Below, piece by piece: positions 26,161-39,712 of a DNA stretch of 64,000 nucleotides. The position numbers and the translations under genes were made by a program. Source of the DNA: Sminthopsis crassicaudata (Eukaryota). The DNA is taken from NCBI RefSeq assembly GCF_048593235.1, contig NC_133617.1:376654067-376718066 (forward strand). The letters run 5' to 3'. Numbering within the stretch: position 1 is the first letter of the stretch; each line of letters starts with the position of its first letter. The notes beneath the pieces were generated by a model. That model was given only the letters and a program-made list of their open reading frames with translations. It made no database searches and was not told the origin of the DNA.

Positions 26161-28049
26161 ATATATAGAGATATGTATACACACACACATATATTCACTT
26201 TCAAGTTTATGGGCGCCCAAACCTCTGAATTGGACTGTACCTTTCCTCCCCCAAAGTTGTAGTGCTAAAAGGTCTATCACATCTCTTATCCTGCTCTTGC
26301 ACCTAAGAGATGTTATAGAGCATTCACTTGGCCACTGCATTTCTTCCCCTCTTTCTGGAGCCACATAAAACTCTTTCTGCAACATTAAGGAACAGGACAT
26401 GTTATCCCCTCTCTTTGGCTGGGTCACTGTAAAGCAAGCAGGATCCATGTAAGGTCTAACAATGGGACAAAGGCCCTTCTGTTCTTCTGCAGGGCTCCTT
26501 TTCAAGGACCATTTAAGTTTTCATCTCAGCAGACACGAGTCAGCAGCACATAGTTGGTCAGTCCACACTTTTTGCTTCCTATTTTCATTCCTGAAAATTA
26601 GGAAAGGAATCAGTTAGAGCATGATGGGAGAGAGGGTAGGATGTTTAGAAATATGTTTGCAAGCTATATATGGTCACACTATTTAAACCATCATTATGAT
26701 GTTCCTCTAGTTTAAAAAAGAATAAGGGAATTATGGGGTAAATTGCATAACATCTTTTCACTTCTTCTGATACATGGTACCCAACTGCCCCTAGGTAAAT
26801 TTCAGTGCTTTAATAGGATGATGCAGGAATAACAACCACAGATAACTGAAAGGATTGATTTATCTATTCCTTGATTCATTCAACCTGAATGTGTATCCAC
26901 AAAGAGATCTTGATTATTCAAAAAACTCTGCATAAATGTGTTATTGATCCTTTATAAAGTATAAAATACTATAGTTAAGACAAAAGTGAACAGAAATAGA
27001 GACTATCAGGTAGCAATTAAGTATCTGTTATTAATCTATCAATAAGCATTTAAATGACTACTACGTGCCATACTGTATCCTGGTGATAAAAATACCAAAA
27101 ATAAACACATGATATTTTGAGAGTTTACAATATTTGAGCTCACATATAAGTATAGTCTATAAATAATAAAGATATGCAGAATGAATACAAAAGAATTATC
27201 AGGTAATTAGAACAGGTGAATACTAGCAGATGGGGGGACCTTCAGAAAAGAGTTTAAAAAGTTCAGAAAAGGTGGAGTTTATTCCACCTTTCTAAATGTT
27301 TGTTTATTTATCTTTATAGCTTCCTCAGTCCATTGTACAACTTCTTCCCTCCATGCTTGTTCAAGTTCATAATGAGGTACAATTTCCTGCAGATTTCTGT
27401 AAGAATTAGAAAGAACTTATAGGAGCATCTAATTCAACCCCCTTAGTATGCAGATGAGAAATGAGATCCCTTTACCAAGGCTATGTGAAATCACACACAG
27501 TATGCAGGTGACCTTTCTGGGCCTCCATTTTCTCATATAAAAATGAAAGATTTGCAGTAGATAGCCTTGAAGGTTCCTTTCAGCTCTGAATCTATGATTT
27601 GTTGATCCTATGATTTTCATTAGAATCCACAGTGGGCACTTTTGCTTCCAACTCTCAGCTCTCTTTCCAGTATAATATTTTGCTTTTTCCTTAATTCCTG
27701 TGTGCTACAGGCTTGAAAACTAAATATGCCAAATGGCTCAGAGGTTGACCTTGCTTAGATATTTCTGAGATGACCAGATCTCAAAATATTTTTTCTCCCT
27801 TTCTGTGTAACATTATCTCAAAAGTATGTCTCCAATAAGCATGCACCGTTTCCTGATTATTTCTGTTCATAGCACTCAGGGGTCTTTTTACAGGATCAAG
27901 ATTCCTCTGTGTCAATATGTGATGACTTAAAGGAACTAGACCTTTAGGCTCATTTTTGCTTTTGTTTTCCCACTGTTCTGTAACTATGAATGGAAACAAA
28001 GCCTAGTTTTGTCCATATATTGTTGTTAGTACTTTGTTTTTTAAAAGAG

Positions 28050-28290
28050 CCAGAGACATCAGACAGGCAGTGTCTTGATTTGCAAGTGAATTAGATTTAA
28101 GTAAGGCAGGACTGTGTAGTCTACAGCCTTTCTCCTTCTAAGCCATCTGGTTCTAGTGGCAAAATATAGATCATGATGATTAGAGATGGCCTTGGATGCA
28201 ATGGGAGATCTTGACCTTTTTAAGCTAAGGTCTTTCCCAGGACTCAATTTGTCTGTGGCAACACCCATTCAGTGATTGAGGCAAGGGAAT
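28050..28290. mobile_element. Marsupial RTE-associated SINE (WALLSI-type) fragment
   Basis: gcaagtgaattagatttaagt...gccatctggttctagtggcaaaatatagatcatgatgattagagatggcc. Same family as 62115-62295, in opposite orientation. Confidence 0.6.
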
Positions 28291-29603
28291 GTCAGAAGTC
28301 TCTTCATCAATGCTGATCAACAATTCTTCTAACTTATAGTCTGAGAGGTTAAGTGACTTACTGGGTCACAGAGTGAGTATATGTCAGAGTCCTCAGGCCT
28401 CCCTATCTCCAACTCCAGCCTCCTTATTAGTCCATACTTTCTGGCTAAATTCACCAACTGTATACATTGAACAAATTAAATAACACAGATTAACATTGAT
28501 ATATACTTCAAATTGTCAAGTTCTTTGGGGAAGTCCCTTTAGAAGGACCTTAAAACATGCTTTGGAAAATAAGGTCAACTCTAAGAAAAAGATGGCAGAA
28601 CAAAAGAAAAGGAGATGAGTAAATATTGCTTCATTTGAAAGGATGTAGTCTACAGAAATCAGAAAACATTGAGAAATGATTGCCTTAGTGGAAATGCAGG
28701 TATGGGAAGGCAAGAAACACCCTACCATATTCTGAAATTTTGAAGCTGGTTGTCAAAGTTTTGAAATTCTCTAAATAGTTCCCTAAAAGCTATCTTGAAA
28801 GGTACTGTGATTGCCCAACTAGTTTCTTAGTGCTCTCCAATCCAGACTACTGGCCTATCAAAGTAGTCTATCCCACCTGCTTCACTCAACTGCTTTTATT
28901 GTTTAACTGCGACCTGCTATAAATATAAACCAACTGGTCTTAAATCCTCTATGCATGGCTAAGGAAATAAATTTCTCCCTCCTGAATTGTGGAATTGAAG
29001 TGTCCATAAAGAGGGAATACTCCATGTTAGCAGGTAGAAGTTCCCTTCCCCATTAACCCATTAATCACCTTTACTTTTCAAACAATTATCCTTACTTTAA
29101 GACAATACATCAAGAGAAGATAATACATCAAGAATTGTATATTAAAGCTTATTCAAGCACAGTTGGCTCTGATGAAAAATAAAGTTCTGCTTGGTTGAAA
29201 CAGGACACTGGGGGCTTGTTAAACAGAATTCTCATAAGTGAACAAGGATGGTCAGGCAGTCCTAAAGGAAGATGAAACCTATTCTAGTGAAAAGCCTTAA
29301 CAGGTTAATAATAGACTTTTTTGGCTTAGTGACTTCAGTGAAAGGTACCATTTGAGTGGTATGCTCAAAACCAGAAAGACTTGTCTCTTTTCAGCTGAAT
29401 GCTATGACCTTGGAAAGGCACGCTGAATCAAATAGTGTTTTGCAAAGGAAAAAAAAAAAAGAAAAATCAGCAGAGAAAGCATCCAATTTTAGATTAGCCC
29501 CAGTTTTAAAAAACAGTCCATTGTAAACAAATGTTTTAATAAGAAAATTCATATTATTGTGATTCATGTAACTACTGCATGATAGAAACTTAATGTGAAA
29601 ATA

Positions 29604-29738
29604 CTTTTTTTTTAGATGAGACAATGGGGTTAAGTGACTTCTCCAAGGTCACATACCTAGTAAGTGTCTGAGGAAGGATTTGAACTCAGGTTTTCTTCAT
29701 TTCAGGGCCAATGCTCTAGCTACTGTCACCTAGCTGCC
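29604..29738 (-). mobile_element. WSINE1/CORE-type SINE
   Basis: T-run, then ggggttaagtgacttctccaaggtcaca...gatttgaactcagg...cacctagctgcc. Confidence 0.8.
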
Positions 29739-32700
29739 TTTGAACATTTATTTTTTATTAAAATTTTACTTAAAATATCTGCATTTATGAATTTGTGTTA
29801 AGTGCTATCATAGCAACTAATTCTAGGTACTTAAGTGGATTTTTAATAATTTTAATGATTAATTAACCAAATCATTAATTAATTAATGGTTAATAATAGT
29901 TAATGAAACTACAGGCATTTTCATCTGCTGTCCTCCATACCTAGATCTCTATACTTCCTCAACTCCATATGCAGCCCTCACTGGCTTTCTTTCAAGTCAT
30001 AGCTAAAAATCCACAAAAAAACTTTTCTTATTCCCTCTTAATGACTGTGCCTTTTTTCTATGAATTCTCCCTAATTTATCTGAATAAATTTTATTTGTTT
30101 CGAGTTACTTGCGTGTTATTCCTGCTATTAGACTATAAGCTAATTGAGCTTAAATGTAACCAGTATGTGGGAGCAATAGGAGGAGATTAGATTGCATATT
30201 GCAGCCTGGAAATCATATACAAACAATCCCAAAGATCAGAGAAGTATAATTTACAAACTGTATGATATTAATCAAAATTGCTGAATAAAGAAAATCATCT
30301 AGGCACTGCTTTCAGGGTTCCAGTCCAGTCCTTTGAAATATAAATTCCAGAGAAATAGCAGATCTCTAGAGTTCCAGACCAGCAAAACATCAAAAATGAG
30401 CTGATAATTTTGAAGTGATGACTTTTTTTTTTTTTATAATTTTGAGATGGCTTGGATATGTAAATAAATTAACCCTAAGGTGGATAAATTGGAGTTGGTC
30501 TGACCCCCCCCCAAAAAAAAACCCAACATCTCAACAACAATAATTGAACTAAAACCAAAATCAGAAAACAAACCTATAAAATAAGACCTCAAACTTCTGC
30601 CCATCAAGCACTTGTTCATCTTCATCAAGTCCATGCTGTCTAGTATTCTCAACTCTAAGTCATGATTACATGAGTGAAACTCTGTCTCTCCACTTCTCCA
30701 TCCTCTTTTCACATTGCCAACATTCACCATACCTTGTTTCCATGTCACTTTCTGACTTTTTAGTCTTGCTCATTTTTCATCACTTGTCCTGTATTTTCTT
30801 TATTTCCTCTACTGTTTGCCCTTAGATACTTTATGATTATTAAATTGTGATTGCTACCTATTTCCTTTTGCCAAGTGTTCTCTTTTCTGGCCAGTACTCA
30901 AAGAATCAGTAAGTTATGTTTGTCCCCATTTCATAAATTCATAATTATCATTTGCCATAATTTACTCTTTAAATGTTCTCCAAAGGCTCCCCAGCCAAAC
31001 TATAAATTCCATGAGAGCAGAGACCATCTTAAATCTCTTCCCTTCTGTCACCTTCCTCTCCCTCTCCTCCCCTCTCCTTCTCTGCTTTCTCTACCCCTTG
31101 TCCTGTCCTTTCCTTCTTCAATGGTAGCATACAGCAAATTACTGAGCACATAATAGACTCTCTGGAATTCTGAAGATTGTTTTAATGATTTAATCAGAGT
31201 AGGGGAGAAGACTGTTTTCTGTCATGCCCATAGACAGCACAGTGGTCCTAATCAGCCATTTTTAGGATTATGTAGTTACCAGTTTGGAGATTAAAATAGA
31301 GTATAGTTATCTCAGTACAAAATTACCCTTTAGGGATTCTGGTGGTGATCTGTATGAAGCAACAACTTAAATTACAAACCCTTTTTAAAATTGGATATTA
31401 TCATAGGCAGATGATATAATAACACCTTTAATTTTGCTTTTCTTCTGGAAAAAAAGAAAAATATTTGAAGATCCTATTTAATATTCTCTGTGCTCTTTTT
31501 TGGTAATCTCATCAGTTCCTATAGGTTCCATTGTTATTACTATAAATATTTCTTAGATCTATATGTTGCCCTCATTTCTCTTCTCAGCTCCAGTCCCATA
31601 TCACCAACTACCTATACTTTGTAACTCTTTATAACTTACTTATCAAGGTTTGTGTTGTTTTCCCCAAAACCGTAAGCTTTTTTGTAATTAGAACCACTTC
31701 ATTTTTGTCTTGGTGTACCCAGCACTTAGTATGGAAGTGCATGGAACATAATAGATGCTTAATGAAACATCCTACTACCTGAGAAATAGAAAAATAGGTG
31801 ATTTGTAGGGAAGGTAAAATATTTTATGTAGTGATGAGGAAACCATAAGTACTAGAACATAAACTGAATAACTCTACTTTCAATTCACTACTCTTTTATT
31901 AAGTAGGTGTGTGTAAAGCACTGTACTAAGTGAAGGGGAAAATTTTATATTTAGATCATAATAATAACTGACACTTATAGAACATGCTACATGTTAGTGC
32001 TTACAAAATGCTTTATCTATATTGATATTTCATTTAATCCTCACAAAAAATTCTATAAGGCAAATAATATAATCAACTTAAGTCAACAATCATTTATTAA
32101 ATACCTTTTTATTTGACTAGTATAGTTATTTTAATTTCCATTTTGTATATGTGGTATATGAAATTCTGAAGAGTGAATTGTGACTTGTTCATGATTATAT
32201 ACCAATTTCAGAAACTGCATGAATTAAGCCTTGATTGTGGAGGTACAGCTGTGTAGAAGTCCCTGAAATTCTTGACAAGAGAGTATGATCTTTGCTCAAT
32301 ATACAAAGATAGATGTAAAAAAGTGAAGAGAGGCAAGAAAACAAGTTAAAGGGCTGTTACTATGTTCTAGATGTATCATGTTAGACTGCACTGGAATAAA
32401 GAGAATTTGATATATGTGAGAGTCATTAACCCAAATAATATCCATAGAAATAGGGAATAGATTTGTAATTTCATTATTAGATGAAATTCCCAGATGAGGA
32501 AAATACTTTTACTAACACAAGTTAACAACTTCTCTGTATTTTTAAGCCTTAGAGAGGTGCTTAGAATATTGAGAAATTGTCATGTTCATTGAATGGCATA
32601 GCCAGGATGTTCCATGGCGAAAGAAACAAGATTCTCCTTGACTGGGAGACCAATTTTCTAGCTCTTTTATCAATATAGAATTTGTTTAATTGAATAAGGA

Positions 32701-33964
32701 TACCTTAATTAATTAATTAAATTGCAGATGTGCCTAATTTTCTTACCTCTGCAGTTAAATATTGAGGTATAACAATGGTAACATTTTTATTTTTATTCTA
32801 AGCATTTCTTCAGATTTGTAACTATAAGGTACTTTCCCTGATTAAATGACTAATGTTTCGTAAATGTAGGGATAGGTATAGTTGGATTTATAAAAGCAAC
32901 AATAAAAAATCTTAAGGCTCTTGTTTTCAATGGCTAATTCAAATGTGCCCTAAGTCTCAAGCTGCCTTCTTTTATTATGAATCAATTTAATTTGGACCAA
33001 CTTAATGAACATGCATTAAGTACCAACAAATTTCCAGATACTATACTAGGTTCAAGAATAGAATGACACAAAAAGAAACAAACCCTGCACTCAAGAAGCT
33101 TATATTTTATTAAAGGATAGGGGTTTTGGTCAAGTGGTTAATTAAATATAAATTAGCACACTAAGATAAGCTATTATAAGTAATAATTATATTAATATAA
33201 AGTCATACTCATAAAATATGTAATAAGTTATATAGAACAATTTAAGTTTAATATTCTGTATTAATCTTTACTTTATATCATCTTCGTTTTAAAATATAAC
33301 TCTACCCCCTACCCTACCCTGACAGACATCCATTCTAACAAAGAAATATAGAGAGTTAAAATGGTAATTTAGCAGAAGTAAGCAAAATAATAACTAAATC
33401 TGACCAGCTTGGTCAGTATAATTACACAACATTAACTTTTTATTATTTTGTTCTTTTTGTTTTCATTGTTTTCACTGTGTTTATTTTTGTCTGGCTCTGC
33501 CAACTTCATTGCATCTGTTCATATGACTTCCTAAGCTTCTCTGAATTATCTATATCTATATCTATATATGTATGTGTATGTATATATATGCACAAACACA
33601 TACATATATACATACATATTTATATAAAAAATTGTAGTAGTGTAACATTATATTCATGGAACCAATTCCCAAACTATGGATATTTCTATTTCTAATTCTT
33701 TTCTACTACAAAAGTGCTGCTACTTGTTGGAGCTGGAGAAAAAGGGGATAGGGGGTGAGAATAAGAAAGGTCTTGAGAGAGCTAGGGATTCTATAATGGA
33801 GAGTTGAGAAATATGTCCCTTTCAGACACAAAAGGGCAAAAAGCAACATGTGGAGGTAGGAGATGGGGGGACTGTTTAAATAAGCAGCCTCCTGCCCAAA
33901 TGATAAAAAGAGTGTGAAGAGGAATTATATTACATAAGACTAGAAAAGTAGATGGTAGTTAGAT

Positions 33965-34195
33965 AATTGAATGGATAAAACAGTGGGTTTGAAATCAGGA
34001 AGACATCTTCATAAGTTCAAATCCAGCCTCAGACAATTACTAGCTGTGTGACCCCGAGCGAAATCATTTAAAGCTGTTTGCCTCAGTTTCCTCATCTGTA
34101 AAATATGCTAGAGAAGGAAATAGCAAATCACTTCAGTATATTTCCCAAGAAATCCTCAAATGGGGTCACTAAGTATCAGGAACAAATAAAACTAA
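33965..34195 (+). mobile_element. MAR1-type SINE
   Basis: gttcaaatccagcctcagac...gcctcagtttcctcatctgtaaaat...gagaaggaaatagcaaatcacttcagtat...aaatggggtcac. Confidence 0.8.
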
Positions 34196-34409
34196 AACTA
34201 AAACTAAAAAGAAAAATAGGTGGGAGTTATAGTTCAGAAGGCTTTAAATGTTAGCCTGAGGAGTTCCTATGTGTGTATGTAGAAGTAGAGATATAATGTA
34301 AAAGCATTTTTAAGCTATTAAAACTATTCAGTACATTACTTCCTCAGCCCCCCATGCTGCCTCCTCTCTTAGAACACAAAGCTGCCAAATAATGCCCTCA
34401 GAGACTTAC

Positions 34410-34442
34410 CTCGATATGTTTGCTTTTAAAAAGATCTGAAAC
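34410..34442 (-). other. Candidate small exon (33 nt, or 26 nt from the internal CAG)
   Basis: Perfect GAG|gtaagt donor. Acceptor ctctatttttaag| or gtttcag|. Phase 0 reads VSDLFKSKHIE. The pyrimidine tract is weak. Confidence 0.25.
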
Positions 34443-34628
34443 CTTAAAAATAGAGTTTATTACTTTAATCAGACAAATTATCAAGTTTAGGTAAGCCTTG
34501 TCAATTTTCATGTAAATATGGTATAGGTAAGAGGAATTTTAGTGTAGTACAGAGTCCAACATGTGGTCCACAATATGTCAAGTGTGACCCATACCAGATG
34601 GAAATATAATTAGGGCTTATTTAATAAA

Positions 34629-34758
34629 NNNNNNNNNNNNNNNNNNNNNNNNNNNNNNNNNNNNNNNNNNNNNNNNNNNNNNNNNNNNNNNNNNNNNNNN
34701 NNNNNNNNNNNNNNNNNNNNNNNNNNNNNNNNNNNNNNNNNNNNNNNNNNNNNNNNNN
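34629..34758. other. Assembly gap (N run)
   Basis: N bases. Confidence 1.
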
Positions 34759-34878
34759 GTACATACATGTAATATATATTCATGCACACACATGCATAGA
34801 TATATACAGATATACACATATTATATATAATACATACATAGACACATGCACATATGTATGTATATTATGTATACATTT

Positions 34879-35079
34879 NNNNNNNNNNNNNNNNNNNNNN
34901 NNNNNNNNNNNNNNNNNNNNNNNNNNNNNNNNNNNNNNNNNNNNNNNNNNNNNNNNNNNNNNNNNNNNNNNNNNNNNNNNNNNNNNNNNNNNNNNNNNNN
35001 NNNNNNNNNNNNNNNNNNNNNNNNNNNNNNNNNNNNNNNNNNNNNNNNNNNNNNNNNNNNNNNNNNNNNNNNNNNNNNN
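34879..35079. other. Assembly gap (N run)
   Basis: N bases, adjacent to TA/CA simple repeat. Confidence 1.
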
Positions 35080-35969
35080 GGCCCACAGGAATCATTATGA
35101 GTGTTAGGGATCCTAGTTTCTCTTTGAGTTTGATATCGCTGAAATAATAAATTTAAACTGATTCAGAAAGAACTTGGGGGCAAATCCTGATTCAGACACT
35201 GGCTGCTGTCACTAAATCTCTTGATGCCTCAAATACATCATCTATAAGATGAGGTAGTTAAAATCTGTGTCCTCTAAGGTCCCTTCTGTAAGGTTATAGT
35301 CCTCTTCATACTAGAATTCTAGAAGCATGAAATTAAGCAGCATCTGTAGAAGATTAAATGTAGGTTATGGAAATTACAAAGAGTTAGAAATAGTAGCTGT
35401 GCTTCAATCCTGGTTCTTCCATTTCTCTAGCAAAACCCATTCCTTCAGCCTTTTGTTATCATGACCAAGGGATAACAATTCCCAATTAAGCTACAAATTT
35501 TGATTAAGTTGGAAAAATTTCTCTAAGGTCAAATCAACACTAATGGAATTATTTTATTTAACTGAGTCATTATATGCTAAAAACCATAGCATGTTTTTAT
35601 TTATTGCAATGTTTGAACAGGATTGAGAAAAACATTCCAAAATTGAAAGTGCAATGATCTATTCATTTGAAAAAAATAAATTTCACTATGTATCTCTTAA
35701 TGTCATTTGAATTTTGAGAGAAATTGTTAGTCTTAACAAGAGTTACCAAATATTTTTTCTTATCTCATATTCAGTATTGCAAATTGCTAATTTTTTTTGA
35801 CAGACTATTCCTTTGTGTGTATGTGCACATGCACACATGTATGCATATGTGTGTGCAGAATGTGCTTGTGATTCATTTCTATCCTTTCTTTTTCAGCCAT
35901 TCAAATAAATAGCAATGCATTTTCACCAATTATTTAGATAGATTAATCCATTCCTGAAATGAATTGAAT

Positions 35970-36115
35970 CTATTTATTTATTTATTTATTTTTAGCTGAG
36001 ACAATTGGAGTTAAGTGACTTGCCCAGGGTCACACAGCTAGGAAGTGTTAAGTGTCTGATATTAGATTTGAACTCAGATCCTCCTGACTTCAGGGCTGGT
36101 GCGCTATCCATTGCC
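35970..36115 (-). mobile_element. WSINE1-like SINE
   Basis: (TTTA)n tail followed by gttaagtgacttgcccagggtcacacagctaggaagtgttaagtgtctg. Confidence 0.88.
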
Positions 36116-36870
36116 TGGAATGGAACTTATTTAAGTAAAAACACAATTTAAGCACCAACTAGATTAGGGTACAGAAAAAATACATAAGCTAATTAATTGA
36201 TGGAAGTGATTTGTGTTGTTTTCATTGCCCAAGTGCTTGCCATATGATTTTTCTCTTTGAGAAGACACTTTAATTCAGTAAATCAGGTTGTCTTTTGATG
36301 CCTTGAATAAAGAACTACTGTACTCTAATTGCCTAAATAAGTTGATCTTCAAAGGCAACAACTGATATTCTCAGTATAGATGTGCACAGATTTTCCTAAT
36401 AAATTTGAACTAATGCATCCCATGTGTCTGGTTACAAAGTCTATCCTTACCAGATAATGGTCATTACTTTTTAAGTTCATGATGAATACAACTACATTTT
36501 ATTCTTATTCTTCTGGAGAAATTACATAAGTAAAAACTAGAAGAGAATTTTCTTGGAAGCCCAGTTTTTGTGATGAGAAATGGACAAAAAATTACTCTGG
36601 CTTTGAAATATGTAACTTAGTTTCTTATTTTAATTATGTTTTGAAATGAGAATAAAATAAAATTAAATTTTTTTTTTCATTTCTTTTCCTGAACATTCTG
36701 ACTGGAATAAACCAGATAGATAATGAAAATCAAGATAATCAGGATTGAATCCTGATTCAGTGTGGTCTTTAAAAAGCAAATCAAAATAAAATTAAATCCG
36801 TGAAGCTAGAGTTCATTGTGTTGCTATTTCTATGCTGTGGCATGTGATTGATTTAAAGGAAGGACTAAAA

Positions 36871-37010
36871 GGGCAACTAAATGGCACAGTAGATAGAGCA
36901 CCAGTCCTAGAGTTAGGATCTGAGTTCAATTTTTGCTTCAGACACTTAACACTTACTATGTGACTTGGGCAAGTCACAGCCCCATTTGCCTAGCAAAATA
37001 AATAAATAAA
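36871..37010 (+). mobile_element. WSINE1-like SINE
   Basis: gggcaactaaatggcacagtagatagagcacc...cagacacttaacacttact...(AAAT)n tail. Confidence 0.85.
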
Positions 37011-38191
37011 AAGAAGATTTACATTTTGTTTTAAAAAAAATACTTTGAATAAAATTTTGTAAGATAGTCTTGTCAATAGTACTTATCCTATTAGATTAGA
37101 ATGAATATCATTTGATAATTAAGTAGAGTTCATTTGATTCTAATGTAATGTTGATAAAATTCTAAAGCTCTAAGTGGCTTCAGGGATCATCCATTTAAAT
37201 CTTATATTGTACAAATGAGGAAATTGAGGTACCTAAAGGAAAGGGGAAATGCTTTACTAATTAAGACAGAATGATTCAATGAAATGAATGTCTGAAGCCT
37301 AGGTTTCAAATGCTAAGTATAATCATTGTTTGGGATCTTTGACAAGTTGTTTACTTCTTTGTGCCTCAGTTTCTCCATCTGAAAAATGGGAGAAGATATG
37401 TTGATACAAAAATCTTTTAAACTCACTTCCAGTTCTAAATATGTAATTGTGCTTGAAAAAGGACATTTGTTATAGTCTCAGAAGATTGGGGTTCAAATAT
37501 ATGACCTTGGACAATCATTTCACCATTCTGAGTCACTTTTTTATTATTAAAATGAAGATGTTGGACTAAATGATCCTCAAGATTCCTTTTGACTATACAT
37601 TTTACAAAGTTAATAAAGCACCCCAGCAATAAAGAGGCAAAATCTGGAATTCCTAATTCCCACACCTGTGTCACTCCACTATTATATGATACCTGCACAA
37701 TTTCTTTCTTTGGCTTTGAGAGAAGAAGGGAGAGTTACATAATGAAACATTATAAACATAAAGAAATTTGTTTCTAAATGTTTTAAATTATGACTAAAAG
37801 AGATCTTCAAAAATCTGTCTTTAATATTAAGCTTGATACTGAATATTAATTTGCCCAGTTGCACAAAGGAGCTCAAGATATGCATAACTCTTTGGCTTAT
37901 TTTTTTAAGTAGAAGCTCTGAATGTGAAAGAATAGTAATCAATCCAAGCCCAAACTACCCAGAAAGGAAGAGTAAAGCTGTAGCACTGTCTAATTGCATG
38001 CCTTGGGGAGATGACTAGGCTATTATTGACTATCAAATCACTCATACAACCATAGTACTCTAGTCTTTAGTGCACAATGCATTGAAAACCCAACATAAAA
38101 TGAACTGAAATGAAACTAGGAGATCACCCACAGGGTCAAAGTGGAAAAGCTTTGATTACAGTCATGTATTAAGGTAAAGAAGATTCTTTTA

Positions 38192-38638
38192 TGTAATGAT
38201 GGAGAAACTGAGCAAGATAGAGATTAGAGAATAATTTAATAGTTTATTTAATGGGAGAGATTTACTGGGACCAAATGGATCCATGGTTTGATCCCAGGGA
38301 TCTTCTCAAAGAATCCAGCAGTGAATGTCAGACACAAGATTCTTTATAGGGTAACAAGAACAGTGACACAATGACAGGTAGCTGGATGGGGATGACCTAA
38401 TGGGGAGAGGCACCTGGGATAACATAATGGAGGGAGGTACTAGAGAGGCCCCTGATATTCTAATGATATCTAAAATGGATGAAGACCTTTATCCCATCAA
38501 ACGTTAAGAGGGAATGACTAAGGTCTAAGATATGAGACCTTTATCCTAACATTAAGAGGAATGGTTATAACCTGAAGTAGAGTAAAGGAATAGGACAATT
38601 AGGGAAACAGGACTTTAAAAGAGAACTGTGGCACAACA
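38192..38638 (-). mobile_element. Solo ERV LTR
   Basis: TGT...ACA termini. On the minus strand, TATAAA (38343-38348) is followed about 100 nt later by AATAAA (38243-38248). Internal tandem duplication of gacctttatcc...ttaagagg in U3. No clean TSD found. Confidence 0.65.
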
Positions 38639-38932
38639 ATTATTCCCTCTGGTTCTTTCCTCACAACCAAATTACAAATTTGCTCCTATACAGATAATGT
38701 AGCTGCATATGGGACTGGTTCAGGAAGCCAGATTTACTTATTTTTGTATTCACAATGGTGGTGATTTTGATGTATTTTATATCATTATTATTCTTATATG
38801 AGAGGTTGTTTGAGTCAGAAAGACCAGGTTTCAAGAAAACCTTCTGACACATACTGTGTGACAAGTTATATAACTTCTTAGTATTTGATGTGATCTGGGA
38901 GAGCAATTCCTAGTTCCAAATGATGAGATTGA

Positions 38933-39712
38933 TGTAGGCACCAAATATTGGGGTTCAGTCCTGTGAAGAATTCACAATGACCATTCTCTTTGGCAAAAGG
39001 TAGCCTTATTTAGGAAAAGAAGTTACAAACAAATGAAGAAATACAATTGACTCGAGGAATGGTAATAAATATGAAGTAGAGTTAGGGGAACATGTAACAA
39101 TTGGCAATGGAATAGCAGTTCCCTAGTGGAACTCAGAATTAATTAGGAGAAAGGGAATACCTTAGGAGGTTAGAGTATGTCCTTAAGTGAAAGGCTAAAT
39201 CCTAAAAGGGATTTAATTCTTTAAAAGCGTTGGATAGTTATAAGGGGGAGAAAGAGGAAAGACACCATGAGGAATGGTGGGGTGATGAAAAGGAGGAGAA
39301 AAACACCATCAGGCAAAATGCAGTGGTGGGCTATAACTCCAAAAGCTGGTTAGCAAAGACAGTGTAAACCTCGCACAAATTTATAGGGGGAAATTTGACC
39401 TAGGGTTTTTTTCATACAACTCGGATTTCTGACTGAACATAGAAGGATGGAGTTACTGGTGACCTCCACAGCGGGTGAGACTATAAGCCTGAACTGATCC
39501 CCATCAGTGCCTTTCGAGGTTTGCTTCAGGGAGTAATTTCATCAGTGTTTCAGTCTTTCTCTGCTAACCCCACCTCTTCAATATTTACTTGTGACTTTCT
39601 TAGATTATTAGGAAAGAGCCGGGATCCAATTTCTACTGGCAGAGAGAAGTCCTCACTGCAAGTTTCTTAAATGACATGTCTAGTTATGTAGGATCAACAA
39701 TGAGAAGCTACA
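38933..39712 (-). mobile_element. Second, longer LTR-like element
   Basis: TGT...ACA candidate termini, minus-strand CCCCCTATAAAT (39379-39390), several retained CpGs, and a U5-like end. Boundaries are uncertain. Confidence 0.5.
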
